Origin: Trueperaceae bacterium
Lineage (GTDB): Bacteria > Deinococcota > Deinococci > Deinococcales > Trueperaceae
NCBI GenBank assembly: GCA_034520945.1
Contig: JAXHNB010000006.1
Span: 96,001-160,000 of the forward strand
Direction: 5' to 3'
DNA: 64,000 nt
Of the stretch, positions 44,358-54,175 are shown piece after piece; position 1 is the first letter of the stretch; each line of letters begins with the position of its first letter. The notes under the pieces are model-generated. The model searched no databases, was not told where the DNA came from, and saw only the letters and a list, made by a program, of their open reading frames with translations. Position numbers and translations under genes: made by a program.

Positions 44358-46350
44358 TCACGCCCCGCGATCGTGGCGGTCGTCCAGGGCGTCTCCGATC
44401 GCGGACGAGGCGACGCCCCCGCCGCCCCTCGCCTTGACCCGGTACAACGCCCGGTCGGCGCGCGCGAGCAGCTCGTCCGGCTCCTGTCCGTCGCGAGGAA
44501 TCACGACCGTGCCGACGCTGGCGTGCACCGTGATCGTCTCGCCGTACAGCACGTGAGGTCGTGCCAACGACGCCACCAGCTTCTCGGCGACCGCCACCAC
44601 GTCCTCCTCGTGCTCCAGGCGGGCCAGAAGCACGGCGAACTCGTCCCCGCCCAGCCGCGCCACCACGTCCTCCGCGCGGACCTCCGCTTCCAGCCGCCGG
44701 GCCGTCATGCGCAGCACGGCGTCGCCCGCGGCGTGACCGAGCGTGTCGTTCACGCGTTTGAAGCCGTCCAGGTCCAGGAAGATCAGGCCGGCCAGGAACT
44801 CGTGGCGCATCGTCATCGAGGCCACGCGTTCCAACTGCTCGAAGAACAGGGCCCGGTTGCCGAGGTCGGTCAGGGGGTCGTGGCGGGACAGGTGCTCGAA
44901 GCGGGCGCGCTCGGCGCGCAGGCGCGCCTCGAGTTCGAAGCGCTGCAGGGCGATCGCGGCCTGCGCTGCCATCCCCTCGGCCGCTCTGGTGGCCTCCGCG
45001 CCGAAGGCGTCGGCCCGTTCGAAGTTGTCCAGGGTGAGCGTCCCTTGCAGGTGGCCGCCGTGACGAATCGGCACCACCAGGCTGATGGCGATCCGTTCGA
45101 CCTGCCCGGAGTTCCGGAGCTGCTCGAAGCGTTCGGCGCCCAGCTCCTGATTGGTTTCCGCGAACCGGACCCGCTGCGCCGTCCACGCATCCTGCAGCCC
45201 GAGTTCGTCCTCACCGAACGACACCGGCCGGAGCGCGTCCAGGTCGAAGTCACGGGAGGCGACGTAGCGATAACGGCCGTCCTCGTCGCGCAGCAGCAGG
45301 CTGCCCGCCTGGGCGTCCACGATGAGGGCGATGGCCTCGTCGACCAGCCGCTGATAGAACGTCTCGTCGAGGTCGTCCGAAATCACGGCGTTCGTGAACC
45401 GCAGCAGGGCGCGCAGGTTCGCCTCGGAGCGTTCCAGCGCCCGTCGTGTCTGGTGCTGCTCGGTGACGTCGACCGCGTAGCCGTGCCAGAGCACCGATCC
45501 GTCCGAGCGTCGTTCGGGGTGCGCGCGGCCCCAGAACCAGCGCGCGGTCCCGTCGATCGAGCGGACGCGAAACTCGTCCGACCAGGTGGTCCCGAACAGG
45601 CTGGCGCGCCGGAGCGAGGACGTGATGCGCGGGCGGTCGCTCGGGTGCACCACCTCGAGCGGGTCGGCGTGCTCCTGCAGCATGCGTTCGCGATCCACCG
45701 CAGCGATCCACGCATCGCCGCCCCCGATCCAGGTCGTGTACGCCGAGCCGTCGGCCCGTTGGACGTACTGGTAGAAAATGCCTGGCAGTTGGGTGGTGAG
45801 CGACCGCAGTCGCGTGGCGGCCTCCTGCCGCTCGCGCGCGGCCGACACCAGATCGGCGGTGGCGCGCAACAGGGCCACTTGGGCGTCGTCGAAGTGGCGC
45901 GCCCGGTCGACCATGTCGAAACCGAGCAGGCCGACGCAGTGGCCGTCCAGCATGAACGGCACGGCCAACAACGACCGGATGTCCTGCGCTTCGAGAAAGG
46001 CGCGGAAGTCGGCCTGCGACGGAGGGAGGTCGGCGACCGAGGGGATCTGCACGGCGTCGCCCCGGGCCAGCGAGGGGCGCAACGGCCCGATCGTCGCCAT
46101 TGGGATCGCCTGCAGGGAATCGATGACGGGTCGGATGCCCTCCGCCGTCCACTCGTGCGTGTTGGTCAGCACGTCGCCACTGAACTCGATCACGTACACG
46201 CGGGCGACGCCCGTGTCGCGCCCCAATTCGGCCAGCGCGTCGTCGATGGCGCTGCCGACGGCCTCGTCCTCGGCGCGGGTCAGGCGTGCCGACAGGCGAA
46301 GGAACGTCTCGAAGAGCGATCGATCCGCTTCGGCGTCGACGGCGGTTCAC
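44358..46350 (-). CDS. GAF-PAS-GAF-GGDEF diguanylate cyclase; apparent 1-nt frameshift right after the start codon
   Basis: HDPLTDLGNR, DLDGFKRVND..GH..GD, RAED I-site, RLGGDEF. The reading frame is open upstream of the track start at 46226 to 46346; RBS plus GTG at 46350 is out of frame by one base. Confidence 0.82.
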
Positions 46351-46482
46351 GCTCCCCTCGGGCGAGCAGCGGGGCGTACGGACGCACCTCGCTGCGGACG
46401 TACGGCCACGACGATTCGGGCCAGCATAGCAGGCTGGTGAGCGGGTGCGACGTGCAGTAGTCTCGGGACGGGAGGCGACGGC

Positions 46483-47241
46483 ATGAAGGTGCAGGGGCGA
46501 CGGGTGTTGATCACGGGCGGCTCACGTGGGATCGGTCGCGCCACCGCGCACGCCTTCGCGGCGCGCGGCGCGCGGGTGGCGATCGGCTACCGGCAGGACG
46601 ATGCGGCCGCACGCGCCACGCAGGAGGCGCTGGCAGGCGGGCCGCACGCCAGGCTGCGGGCGGACGTGTCGCGCCCCGTCGAGGCGGCGCACCTGGTGGA
46701 TGAGGCCGTCCAGGTACTCGGAGGGCTGGACGTGGTGGTCCTCAACGCGGGCGTGGGCGGACGCCACCGGATCGACGAGGACGACTACGACGCCTGGCAG
46801 GCGGCATGGTCGCGAATCCTGGCGGTCAATCTGATCGGTGCGGCCAACCTGGCATACGCCGCGGGCCGCCACATGATCGAGCACGGCGGGGGCCGCATGG
46901 TGTTCGTGTCCTCGCGCGGCGCCTTCCGCGGCGAACCGGACCAGCCGGCCTACGGGGCCAGCAAGGCGGGCCTCAACGCGCTGGCGCAGTCGCTGGCGCA
47001 GCAGCTCGGCCCCTACGGGGTGTACGTCGGCGCCGTGGCGCCAGGGTTCGTCGACACCGACATGGCGGCGGAGCGGTTGAGGGGCCCGGGCGGCGACGAG
47101 CTTCGGGCGCAAAGCCCGCTCAACCGCGTGGCGCGGCCCGAGGAGGTGGCGCACGCCATCGTGTTCCTCGCGTCGGAGGGGGCCGAGTTCGCCACCGGTA
47201 CGATCCTCGACGTGAACGGCGCGTCGTACCTGCGGAGTTGA
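46483..47241 (+). CDS. Short-chain dehydrogenase/reductase (FabG-like)
   Basis: TGGSRGIG, VLNAG, YGASK, VAPGFVDTDM. Confidence 0.92.
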   Translation: MKVQGRRVLITGGSRGIGRATAHAFAARGARVAIGYRQDDAAARATQEALAGGPHARLRADVSRPVEAAHLVDEAVQVLGGLDVVVLNAGVGGRHRIDEDDYDAWQAAWSRILAVNLIGAANLAYAAGRHMIEHGGGRMVFVSSRGAFRGEPDQPAYGASKAGLNALAQSLAQQLGPYGVYVGAVAPGFVDTDMAAERLRGPGGDELRAQSPLNRVARPEEVAHAIVFLASEGAEFATGTILDVNGASYLRS

Positions 47242-47272
47242 GCGTCGCGGGGCCCCTCGCGGGCCAAAGGGG

Positions 47273-48418
47273 TCACGCCTCGCCGGCCTCGATCATCGCC
47301 AGGAACGCGGACACGACCTCCGGATCGAACAGGCGGCCCGATTCTCGTTCCAGGTGGGCCCGTGCTGCATCGCGCGACCAGGCGGGCCGGTAGGGCCGGT
47401 CGCTGAGGAGGGCGTCCCACACGTCCACCACCGCGAAGATGCGCGCCGCATGCGGGATGGCGTCGCCCGCCAGTCCGTGCGGATACCCGCTGCCGTCCCA
47501 GCGCTCGTGATGGTGCGTCGGCACCTCCGTGGCGGGCGCCAGGAACGAAATCGGGGCCAGCAGCTCCCCGGCCACGTTCGGGTGCCGGCGCATCATCGCC
47601 CACTCCTCGTCGTTCAGCGCGCCGGGCTTGTTCAGGATCGCGTCCGGGATGCCGATCTTGCCGATGTCGTGCAGCAGGGCGCCCCACCGCAGGTACATCA
47701 GGGGCTCCTCGCCCAGGCCCAAGCGGCGCCCGAGGGCCTCCGCCAGGTCGGTGACGCGCAAGGCGTGACCGGCCGTCTCGTGGTCCCGCAGGTCCAACGC
47801 ACGCGCCCAACCGACCAACGTCTCCTCGTAGGCCTCGGTCCGGTCGGTCAGGTCGACCATCGAGGTGACCAGCCGTTCGCGCCCGTCCATCACCATGTGC
47901 TCGGCCGACCACAGCATCGAGCGGAGACGTCCGTCGCGGTGGCGGAACAGATCCACGTGATCCAGCAGTCGACCCGACGCCCGAAGGCGCAATATCAGCT
48001 CGTCCCGCCGAGTCGGGTCGGCCCAGAACTCCACCTCGTCGGGGGGCCGGCCGATCACCTCGTGCCGGGCGTAGCCGAACATGGCGAGGAAACGATCGTT
48101 GGCGTCCTCGTAGCGGCGACGCTCCATGTCCGTGATCAGGATGCCGGCGGGACTGGCGCGAAAGATCGCCTCGAACCGGTGTGCCGCCTGCTGTTCGGCC
48201 CGCTGGGCCGCCTGCCAGCGATTCTGCTCGCGCCGGATCAACGCGTAGATCAGCGCGGCGCTGGCCCCCACGAACGCCAGGCCCTTCGCCGTCTGCACGC
48301 CGGTCAGCTGCGCGGCGTCCCCCAGCAGGGCCAACGCCACCCAGTCGCTCGCCAAAATCCACACGGCCGCGATCCCGGCGTAGATCAGCGCGATGCGTGC
48401 AGCACCGAACCTAAGCAT
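47273..48418 (-). CDS. Membrane-anchored PAS + HD-GYP cyclic dinucleotide phosphodiesterase
   Basis: Two N-terminal TM helices, PAS, ETAGHA.RV, LHDIGKIGIPDAILNKPG, HHERWDGSGYP, DRPYR. Confidence 0.9.
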   Translation of the reverse strand: MLRFGAARIALIYAGIAAVWILASDWVALALLGDAAQLTGVQTAKGLAFVGASAALIYALIRREQNRWQAAQRAEQQAAHRFEAIFRASPAGILITDMERRRYEDANDRFLAMFGYARHEVIGRPPDEVEFWADPTRRDELILRLRASGRLLDHVDLFRHRDGRLRSMLWSAEHMVMDGRERLVTSMVDLTDRTEAYEETLVGWARALDLRDHETAGHALRVTDLAEALGRRLGLGEEPLMYLRWGALLHDIGKIGIPDAILNKPGALNDEEWAMMRRHPNVAGELLAPISFLAPATEVPTHHHERWDGSGYPHGLAGDAIPHAARIFAVVDVWDALLSDRPYRPAWSRDAARAHLERESGRLFDPEVVSAFLAMIEAGEA

Positions 48419-48485
48419 TTCGCCCCCTCCGGCGGCGAGCCTAGCAGCCGACCCTCCGCGCGGCACGGGCATTTCGTACCCGCGC

Positions 48486-49721
48486 TCAGGTCCGGAAGAT
48501 CACGCCCTCCCGCTGAAAGTTCCGGAGGGCCAACCCCAGCAGCACCACCACGACGAAGACCATCGTCCCCCAGGCGGCCAGCACGTCGCCGGCGCGGACG
48601 GCGCCGCCCAACACGTCGTCCATCAACACCATCACGTTCACCACCGGCACCAGGTAGACGCCCGTCCCGAGGTCCAGGAGATCCTTGAACTGCAGCGCCA
48701 GCGCCGGCACGATCATCACGAACGACAGGGGCGCCACGTAGCTCTGCGCCTCCTTGAACGACCGCGCGAACATCGCCACCGCCATCAACAACGCCGCCAC
48801 CGCGGCGGCCAGCAGCAACGCGCTGCCGAGCAGGACCCAGAACCCCTCGGCGCTCAGGTTCACGGCGCCGCCCATGACGGCCGCCATCTCGGTCGCCTCC
48901 TCGCCCAGGCGGGGGAGGAACACGCCCCGCAACAGCGCCCCGCCCAGCACGACCCCCAGGATGGCCATGAAGGCGGCGGACAGGCCGGTGGCGAGCGTGG
49001 CGAGGAATTTGCCGGCCACGATCTCGGAGCGGCGGACCGGCGCGACCAGCAGCGCCTCCAGGGTGCCGCGCTCCTTCTCGCCCGCGGTGGCGTCGATCGC
49101 GACCATCTGTCCCCCCGCCAGCGCCCACACCGCGATGAAGAACGGCACCAGAAACGCCAGCTGGCCGCTGCTGCGCTCCGCGGGACGGCTGGCGTCCCGC
49201 GTGTCCAGCGCGAACGGTTCCAGCACCGAACGGTCCAGGCCCACCTCGGCCAAGCGCTCGGCCACGATGCCCTCGCGGTAGCTCTGCACCGCCCGTTCGA
49301 CCTTGCCGGCCGCCAGCTCGCTCTGCAGGTTGCCCGCCTTGCGAACGATGCGAATCCGTGGCGTCCGGCCTGCACGAAGCGCAGCCGCGACGTTCTCGGG
49401 CAGCACCAGGGCGGCCGCGACCTCGTCATCGCGGACCTGCCGCAGCGCGTCGTCGGTGGGCTCCAACTCGGTCCGTTCGGCGGCGAGCGCGTCGCGAAGC
49501 GCGTCCGGCAGGTTCGCGGCCCCCTCGATCCCGACGGCGGTCGTGGCCTCCTGCTCGCGTTCGAACAGGCCGCCCATCGCCAGCGGCAGCCCCAGCATCA
49601 GCACCGGCAGCAGCAGCAACGGGATCAGCAGGTTGCTGACGATCGCCCGCCGGTCCCGGATGGTGGAGAGCAGCTCCTTGCGGGCGACCCACCACACCAG
49701 CCTGCCGCGCAGGCCGTTCAC
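48486..49721 (-). CDS. ABC-2 type exporter permease (NatB-like)
   Basis: VARKEL..TIRDRR, AGEKERGTLEALLVAPV, FARSFKEAQ. Confidence 0.85.
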   Translation of the reverse strand: MNGLRGRLVWWVARKELLSTIRDRRAIVSNLLIPLLLLPVLMLGLPLAMGGLFEREQEATTAVGIEGAANLPDALRDALAAERTELEPTDDALRQVRDDEVAAALVLPENVAAALRAGRTPRIRIVRKAGNLQSELAAGKVERAVQSYREGIVAERLAEVGLDRSVLEPFALDTRDASRPAERSSGQLAFLVPFFIAVWALAGGQMVAIDATAGEKERGTLEALLVAPVRRSEIVAGKFLATLATGLSAAFMAILGVVLGGALLRGVFLPRLGEEATEMAAVMGGAVNLSAEGFWVLLGSALLLAAAVAALLMAVAMFARSFKEAQSYVAPLSFVMIVPALALQFKDLLDLGTGVYLVPVVNVMVLMDDVLGGAVRAGDVLAAWGTMVFVVVVLLGLALRNFQREGVIFRT

Positions 49722-50461
49722 GCCGGCGCCTCGGCGACGCCGGCGCGCTGGACCAACCGGAAGAACGCCCGCTCCAGGTCGGGCGCGTCGTCGGCCCGCG
49801 CGCGCAGCTCCGCCACGGTTCCCTCGTCGATCCAACGACCGCGGTACAGCACGCCGACGCGGTCGCACAACTCCTCCACCTCGCTCATCACGTGCGTGGA
49901 CCACACCACCGCGCGCCCCTCGCCCGGATAGCCGCGCGCGAAGTCCAGCACCGCCCGCCGCGCCAGCACGTCCAGGCCGCTGGTCGCCTCGTCGAAGAAC
50001 AGGACCGGCGGGTCGTGTAGCACCGCGCGGGCGATGACGATCTTCTGCTTCATCCCGCTCGAGAAATCGCCGCAGCGCCGGTCCAGCGTGTGTTGCAGAT
50101 CGAGCACGGCGTCCAGACGCTCGATGCCGGCCTCCACCTCGTTGCGGCGCATCCCGTACAACGCCCCGAACCAGTGCAGCGTCTCCCGGCCCGTCAGGCG
50201 GTCGTACAGGCCCATCCCGCCGTTCACGACGCCGATACGGCGGCGCACCTCCTCCGGCGCGCGGGCCACGTCGTACCCCGCCACCGTGGCGGTGCCCACG
50301 TCGGCTCGCACCAGGGTCGCCAGCACGCGGAGGGTCGTCGTCTTGCCGGCCCCGTTCGGGCCCAACAGCGCGAAGATCTCGCCCGCGTCGACCGCGAACC
50401 CGACGTCCTCCATGGCGACGACGTCTCCGAAACGCTTGCCGAGACCGTCACAGTCGACCAT
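49718..50461 (-). CDS. ABC exporter ATP-binding protein (NatA-like)
   Basis: GPNGAGKTT, FSSGMKQK, FFDEATSGLD, STHVMSEVE. Confidence 0.9.
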   Translation of the reverse strand: MVDCDGLGKRFGDVVAMEDVGFAVDAGEIFALLGPNGAGKTTTLRVLATLVRADVGTATVAGYDVARAPEEVRRRIGVVNGGMGLYDRLTGRETLHWFGALYGMRRNEVEAGIERLDAVLDLQHTLDRRCGDFSSGMKQKIVIARAVLHDPPVLFFDEATSGLDVLARRAVLDFARGYPGEGRAVVWSTHVMSEVEELCDRVGVLYRGRWIDEGTVAELRARADDAPDLERAFFRLVQRAGVAEAPA

Positions 50462-50540
50462 GCCCGGACCATACCCTCACGGTGGCGGCAACGATCGTGA
50501 GCGAAGTCCCGCGCCCGGACGGCGCGGTAGCATGCCCACG

Positions 50541-51323
50541 ATGCACCGCGACCTGGTCGCCCTGGACGCCCACCCGCTGCTGCCGCGGCTGTTGCACACC
50601 GTCGAGCACCCCGACGCAACCTGCCGGGTGCTGGACCGCGAGCTGCCGGCGCCGTTGGTGCCGCGCGCCGAACCGTGGCGCGACGCCCCGCCGCCCTGGC
50701 CGCTGGTGCGGCTGGAGGCATCGGACTGGCTGGCGCGCGCCGATGGCACGGGCGAGTGGGCCGTGGTGGCCCGCCTCCCCACCGGGCGGATGGCGGACCT
50801 GGTGTCGCAGGCCCGCCGGCTCGGCGACCGCGCGCCCGCCGGCGTGATTCTCGACCTGTCGCCCCTGGCCGACGCCACGCCGTTCGGGGAGACGGTGTGG
50901 CGTCCGCGCGGACGCGAGGAGCTGGCCGAGCTACGCGCCGCCGCCGGCAGGCCGCTGTGGGTGGACGGGATCACCAGCCCCGCCGACGCGGAGGCCGCGG
51001 CGGAGGCCGGCGTCGACGGGGTGGTGATCCGCTCCGAGGCCGGCCGGAACCTGGACGGACCGGCCGTCGCCGAGGTGTTGCCCGAGGTTCTGGACACGGT
51101 CGCCGGGATGGTGGGCGTGTACGTCGGGGGGCCGGTGCGCAGCGGCATCGACGTGTTCCGCTACCTGGCGCTGGGCGCCGAGGGGGTCCTTCCCGACGCC
51201 AGCACCGACGTGAGCCGGTTGGCGGCCGAACTGGACTACGCCATGCGGATGACGGGGTGCGCCACGCTGGAGGAGATCGGCTACGAGGCGTTGTTCGCGC
51301 CGCTGTGGGAGGAAAGCTCGTGA
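50541..51323 (+). CDS. FMN-dependent alpha-hydroxy acid dehydrogenase-like protein, shortened and degenerate
   Basis: LLPRLL, PLWVDGITSPADA..A.EAGVDGVVI, GRNLDG, VRSGIDVFRYLALGAEGV, ELDYAMRMTGC. Confidence 0.7.
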   Translation: MHRDLVALDAHPLLPRLLHTVEHPDATCRVLDRELPAPLVPRAEPWRDAPPPWPLVRLEASDWLARADGTGEWAVVARLPTGRMADLVSQARRLGDRAPAGVILDLSPLADATPFGETVWRPRGREELAELRAAAGRPLWVDGITSPADAEAAAEAGVDGVVIRSEAGRNLDGPAVAEVLPEVLDTVAGMVGVYVGGPVRSGIDVFRYLALGAEGVLPDASTDVSRLAAELDYAMRMTGCATLEEIGYEALFAPLWEESS

Positions 51324-51919
51324 TCGCCTTCGTGGAGGGCGTTGTGGACGAGGTGCGCGACGCCTCGGTGGTGGTGCGCGCCGGCGCATGGGGGGTCGAG
51401 GTGGCCGCCCCCACGGGAAGCCTGGCCCAGTGCCGCGTGGGGGAGGTGACCCGCCTGCACACGCATTTGGTGCTGCGCGAGGACGGGGCGGTGCTGTACG
51501 GGTTTCACGATCCCGACCTGTTGACGTTGTTCCGCCTGATGCTGGGCGTCAGCGGCGTGGGTCCCAAGCTGGCGCTGGCGGTCCTGTCGCACCTGCCGGT
51601 GCAGGTCATTGCACGCGCCGTCCAGGACGACGATCCGGCATTGCTGTCCTCCGCGCCGGGGGTCGGCAAGCGGACGGCGGAACGCCTGATCCTGGAGTTG
51701 AACACCCGCCTGCCGGACGGGCTGGTCGCGCCCGCGGCGCGGCCGGCCGGCACAGCGGGGTCGGCGCTGGGGGACGAGGGCCGCGACGCGGTGGACGCGC
51801 TGGTGGCGCTCGGGTACCGCGAGGCCAGCGTCAAGGGCGCCATCTCCGAGCTGACGGGGGAGACGCCGGACGCCAGCGCCGAGACGCTGATCCGGCAGGC
51901 GTTGGCGAAGCTGCGCTGA
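51320..51919 (+). CDS. ruvA: Holliday junction branch migration protein RuvA
   Basis: IAFVEG, LVLRED...LYGF, VSGVGPKLA, PGVGKRTAERLILEL, ALVALGY. Confidence 0.93.
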   Translation: MIAFVEGVVDEVRDASVVVRAGAWGVEVAAPTGSLAQCRVGEVTRLHTHLVLREDGAVLYGFHDPDLLTLFRLMLGVSGVGPKLALAVLSHLPVQVIARAVQDDDPALLSSAPGVGKRTAERLILELNTRLPDGLVAPAARPAGTAGSALGDEGRDAVDALVALGYREASVKGAISELTGETPDASAETLIRQALAKLR

Positions 51920-51960
51920 GCGCGGCGGGCCGCGGGGAACCCGCGCGCCCGCGCGCCCGC

Positions 51961-53070
51961 TCAGCCGCCCAGCGCCTCGGCGGGCGGCACCACCGGCAGC
52001 CCGAAGGTGTCCCCCACCCCCTGGTGGGTCAGGCGGCCCGCGTGGGCGTTCAGGCCCCGCAGGAACCCTTCCTGTGCGCGCAACGCGTCCAAGCCGCCGT
52101 CGGCCAGCCGTTGCGCGTAGGGGAGCGTCTGGTAGCTGAGCGCGCGCGTGCTGGTGTTGGGGACGGCGCCGGGCATGTTGGCCACGCCGTAGTGCACCAC
52201 CCCGTCCACCACGTAGGTCGGCTGGTCGTGGGTGGTGGCGCGGATGGTCTCGACGCAGCCGCCCTGGTCGACCGCCACGTCCACGATGACGCTTCCGGGC
52301 CGCATGTCGCCCAGCATCTCCCGCGTCACCAAGCGTGGCGCCCGCGCCCCCGGGATCAGCACCGCGCCGACCAGCACGTCGGCGCGCACGGTGGCGGCCG
52401 CCACCGTGCCGACGTTGCTCATCAAGGTCTGCACCCGGCCGCCGAAGACGTCGTCCAGGTACTGCAGGCGCCCGTGGTCCACATCGAGGACCGTCACGCG
52501 GGCCCCCAGCCCCAACGCCATCTTGGCGGCGTTGGTGCCGACCACGCCGCCGCCCAGGATCACCACCTCGCCGGCCTCCACGCCGGGCACGCCGCCCAGC
52601 AGGACGCCGCGCCCGCCCAGGAAGCGCTCCAGGTGGTAAGCGCCCACCTGCGGCGCCATGCGGCCCGCCACCTCGCTCATCGGCGTCAACAGGGGGAGGC
52701 CGCCGGGCCCCTCCACCGTCTCGTAGGCCACGGCGGTGGTGCCGGCCTCCAGCAGCGCCTCGGTCAGCGTTCGGTCGGCGGCGAGGTGCAGGAAGGTGAA
52801 CAGGACCTGGCCGGCCCGGAGGTGCCGGTACTCGCCAGCCAGCGGCTCCTTGACCTTCAGCACCAGCGTGGCCGCCCACGCCTCCTCGGCGCTGTCGACC
52901 ACGGTGGCGCCGGCCTGCGCGTAGGCGTCGTCCGTGAACCCGCTACCCTCGCCGGCCCCGCGCTGGACGTGCACGTCGTGCCCGGCGACGATCAGGCTGC
53001 GAACGGCCGCGGGGGTGGCGGCCACGCGGTACTCGTGTCGTTTGGTCTCAGTGGGGATGCCGATCTGCAT
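51961..53070 (-). CDS. ald: Alanine dehydrogenase
   Basis: [55 protein letters not shown]. Confidence 0.95.
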   Translation of the reverse strand: MQIGIPTETKRHEYRVAATPAAVRSLIVAGHDVHVQRGAGEGSGFTDDAYAQAGATVVDSAEEAWAATLVLKVKEPLAGEYRHLRAGQVLFTFLHLAADRTLTEALLEAGTTAVAYETVEGPGGLPLLTPMSEVAGRMAPQVGAYHLERFLGGRGVLLGGVPGVEAGEVVILGGGVVGTNAAKMALGLGARVTVLDVDHGRLQYLDDVFGGRVQTLMSNVGTVAAATVRADVLVGAVLIPGARAPRLVTREMLGDMRPGSVIVDVAVDQGGCVETIRATTHDQPTYVVDGVVHYGVANMPGAVPNTSTRALSYQTLPYAQRLADGGLDALRAQEGFLRGLNAHAGRLTHQGVGDTFGLPVVPPAEALGG

Positions 53071-53167
53071 GCGTCGGAACTCCTGTGCCGCGGGGCGCGT
53101 GGGGGGCTCGTGCGGGGCGTGGTCACAGTGTATTGCATGCAGCGCCGTACGCCGTGAATCCTTGCGT

Positions 53168-54112
53168 TCAGGCGGGCCATACGCGCCGCAGGCGCATCCG
53201 CTCCGGTTCCAGGTCGCACACCGCCACCAGCCGCCCGTCCGGATCGGTGAGGCCGACGGTGCCGTGCCCCGGCAGCGCCGCGCGCGGCAGGCGCTGCCCC
53301 TGCCGCACCCGCGCCACCTGCTCCGCGCTGAGCGGCAGCGTCGGGTACGGCAGCGCCTCCGCCTCCGGCACGCCCGCCGCCTCGGCCAGCGCCTCGACCG
53401 GCACCGCGCTGGCCAGGTCGACGGCGCCGACGCGGGTCCGCACCAACCCGGCCAGGTGGGCGGGCACGCCCACGGCCCGGCCCAGGTCGCGGGCGAACGC
53501 CCGCAGGTAGGTTCCGGCCCGCACCTCCACGCGGAACACCGCCGTGGGCAATGCCGACAGCGGCGGCGGGAGGGGCAGGGGGCGGCCGTCCTCGAGGGGG
53601 CGCCAGCCCTCCGGAGCGGGCCCGAAGCATGGCGGCAGCGACGCGCGGGGTCCGAACGCCAGCAGGTCGACCTCGTGGTAGCCGGCGGGCCGGGGGGGAA
53701 GGCCGCCCGCTTCGCCGCGGCGGGCCTTGCGGTACGCGGCCTCGCCCCCCTCCTTGACGGCGCTGAACGCGGGCGGGACCTGTTGGTGCACGTCCAGGAA
53801 CGCAGCGGCGGCCGATCGGACCTGCGCGGCGTCCAGCGCGCCGGCCTCGCCCCGTTCCGTCACCGGCCCCTCCGCGTCGAGGGTCGGCGTGGACGCGCCG
53901 AACGCCACCCAGGCTAGGTACCCCTTGTCCGCGCCGGACAGGAACGGCGACAGCTTGGTCGCCTCCCCGGCCAGCACCAACAGCAGGCCGGACGCCAGCG
54001 GGTCCAACGTGCCGGCATGCCCCACCCGCCGCGTGCCCAGCACGCGGCGCGCCGCCGCCACCACGTCGTGCGAGGTGGGGCCGAGGGACTTGTCCACGGC
54101 GTAGACGGGCAT
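53168..54112 (-). CDS. truB: tRNA pseudouridine(55) synthase
   Basis: VDKSLGPTSHDVV, GHAGTLDPLASG, QVPPAFSAVK..G..AY..AR, GTYLRAFARDLG. Confidence 0.93.
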   Translation of the reverse strand: MPVYAVDKSLGPTSHDVVAAARRVLGTRRVGHAGTLDPLASGLLLVLAGEATKLSPFLSGADKGYLAWVAFGASTPTLDAEGPVTERGEAGALDAAQVRSAAAAFLDVHQQVPPAFSAVKEGGEAAYRKARRGEAGGLPPRPAGYHEVDLLAFGPRASLPPCFGPAPEGWRPLEDGRPLPLPPPLSALPTAVFRVEVRAGTYLRAFARDLGRAVGVPAHLAGLVRTRVGAVDLASAVPVEALAEAAGVPEAEALPYPTLPLSAEQVARVRQGQRLPRAALPGHGTVGLTDPDGRLVAVCDLEPERMRLRRVWPA

Positions 54113-54175
54113 GGGCGCGACCATACCCTGTCGTGGCCCCGGGCCCGAACGGGCAGCATCGGAGATGATGGGGCC

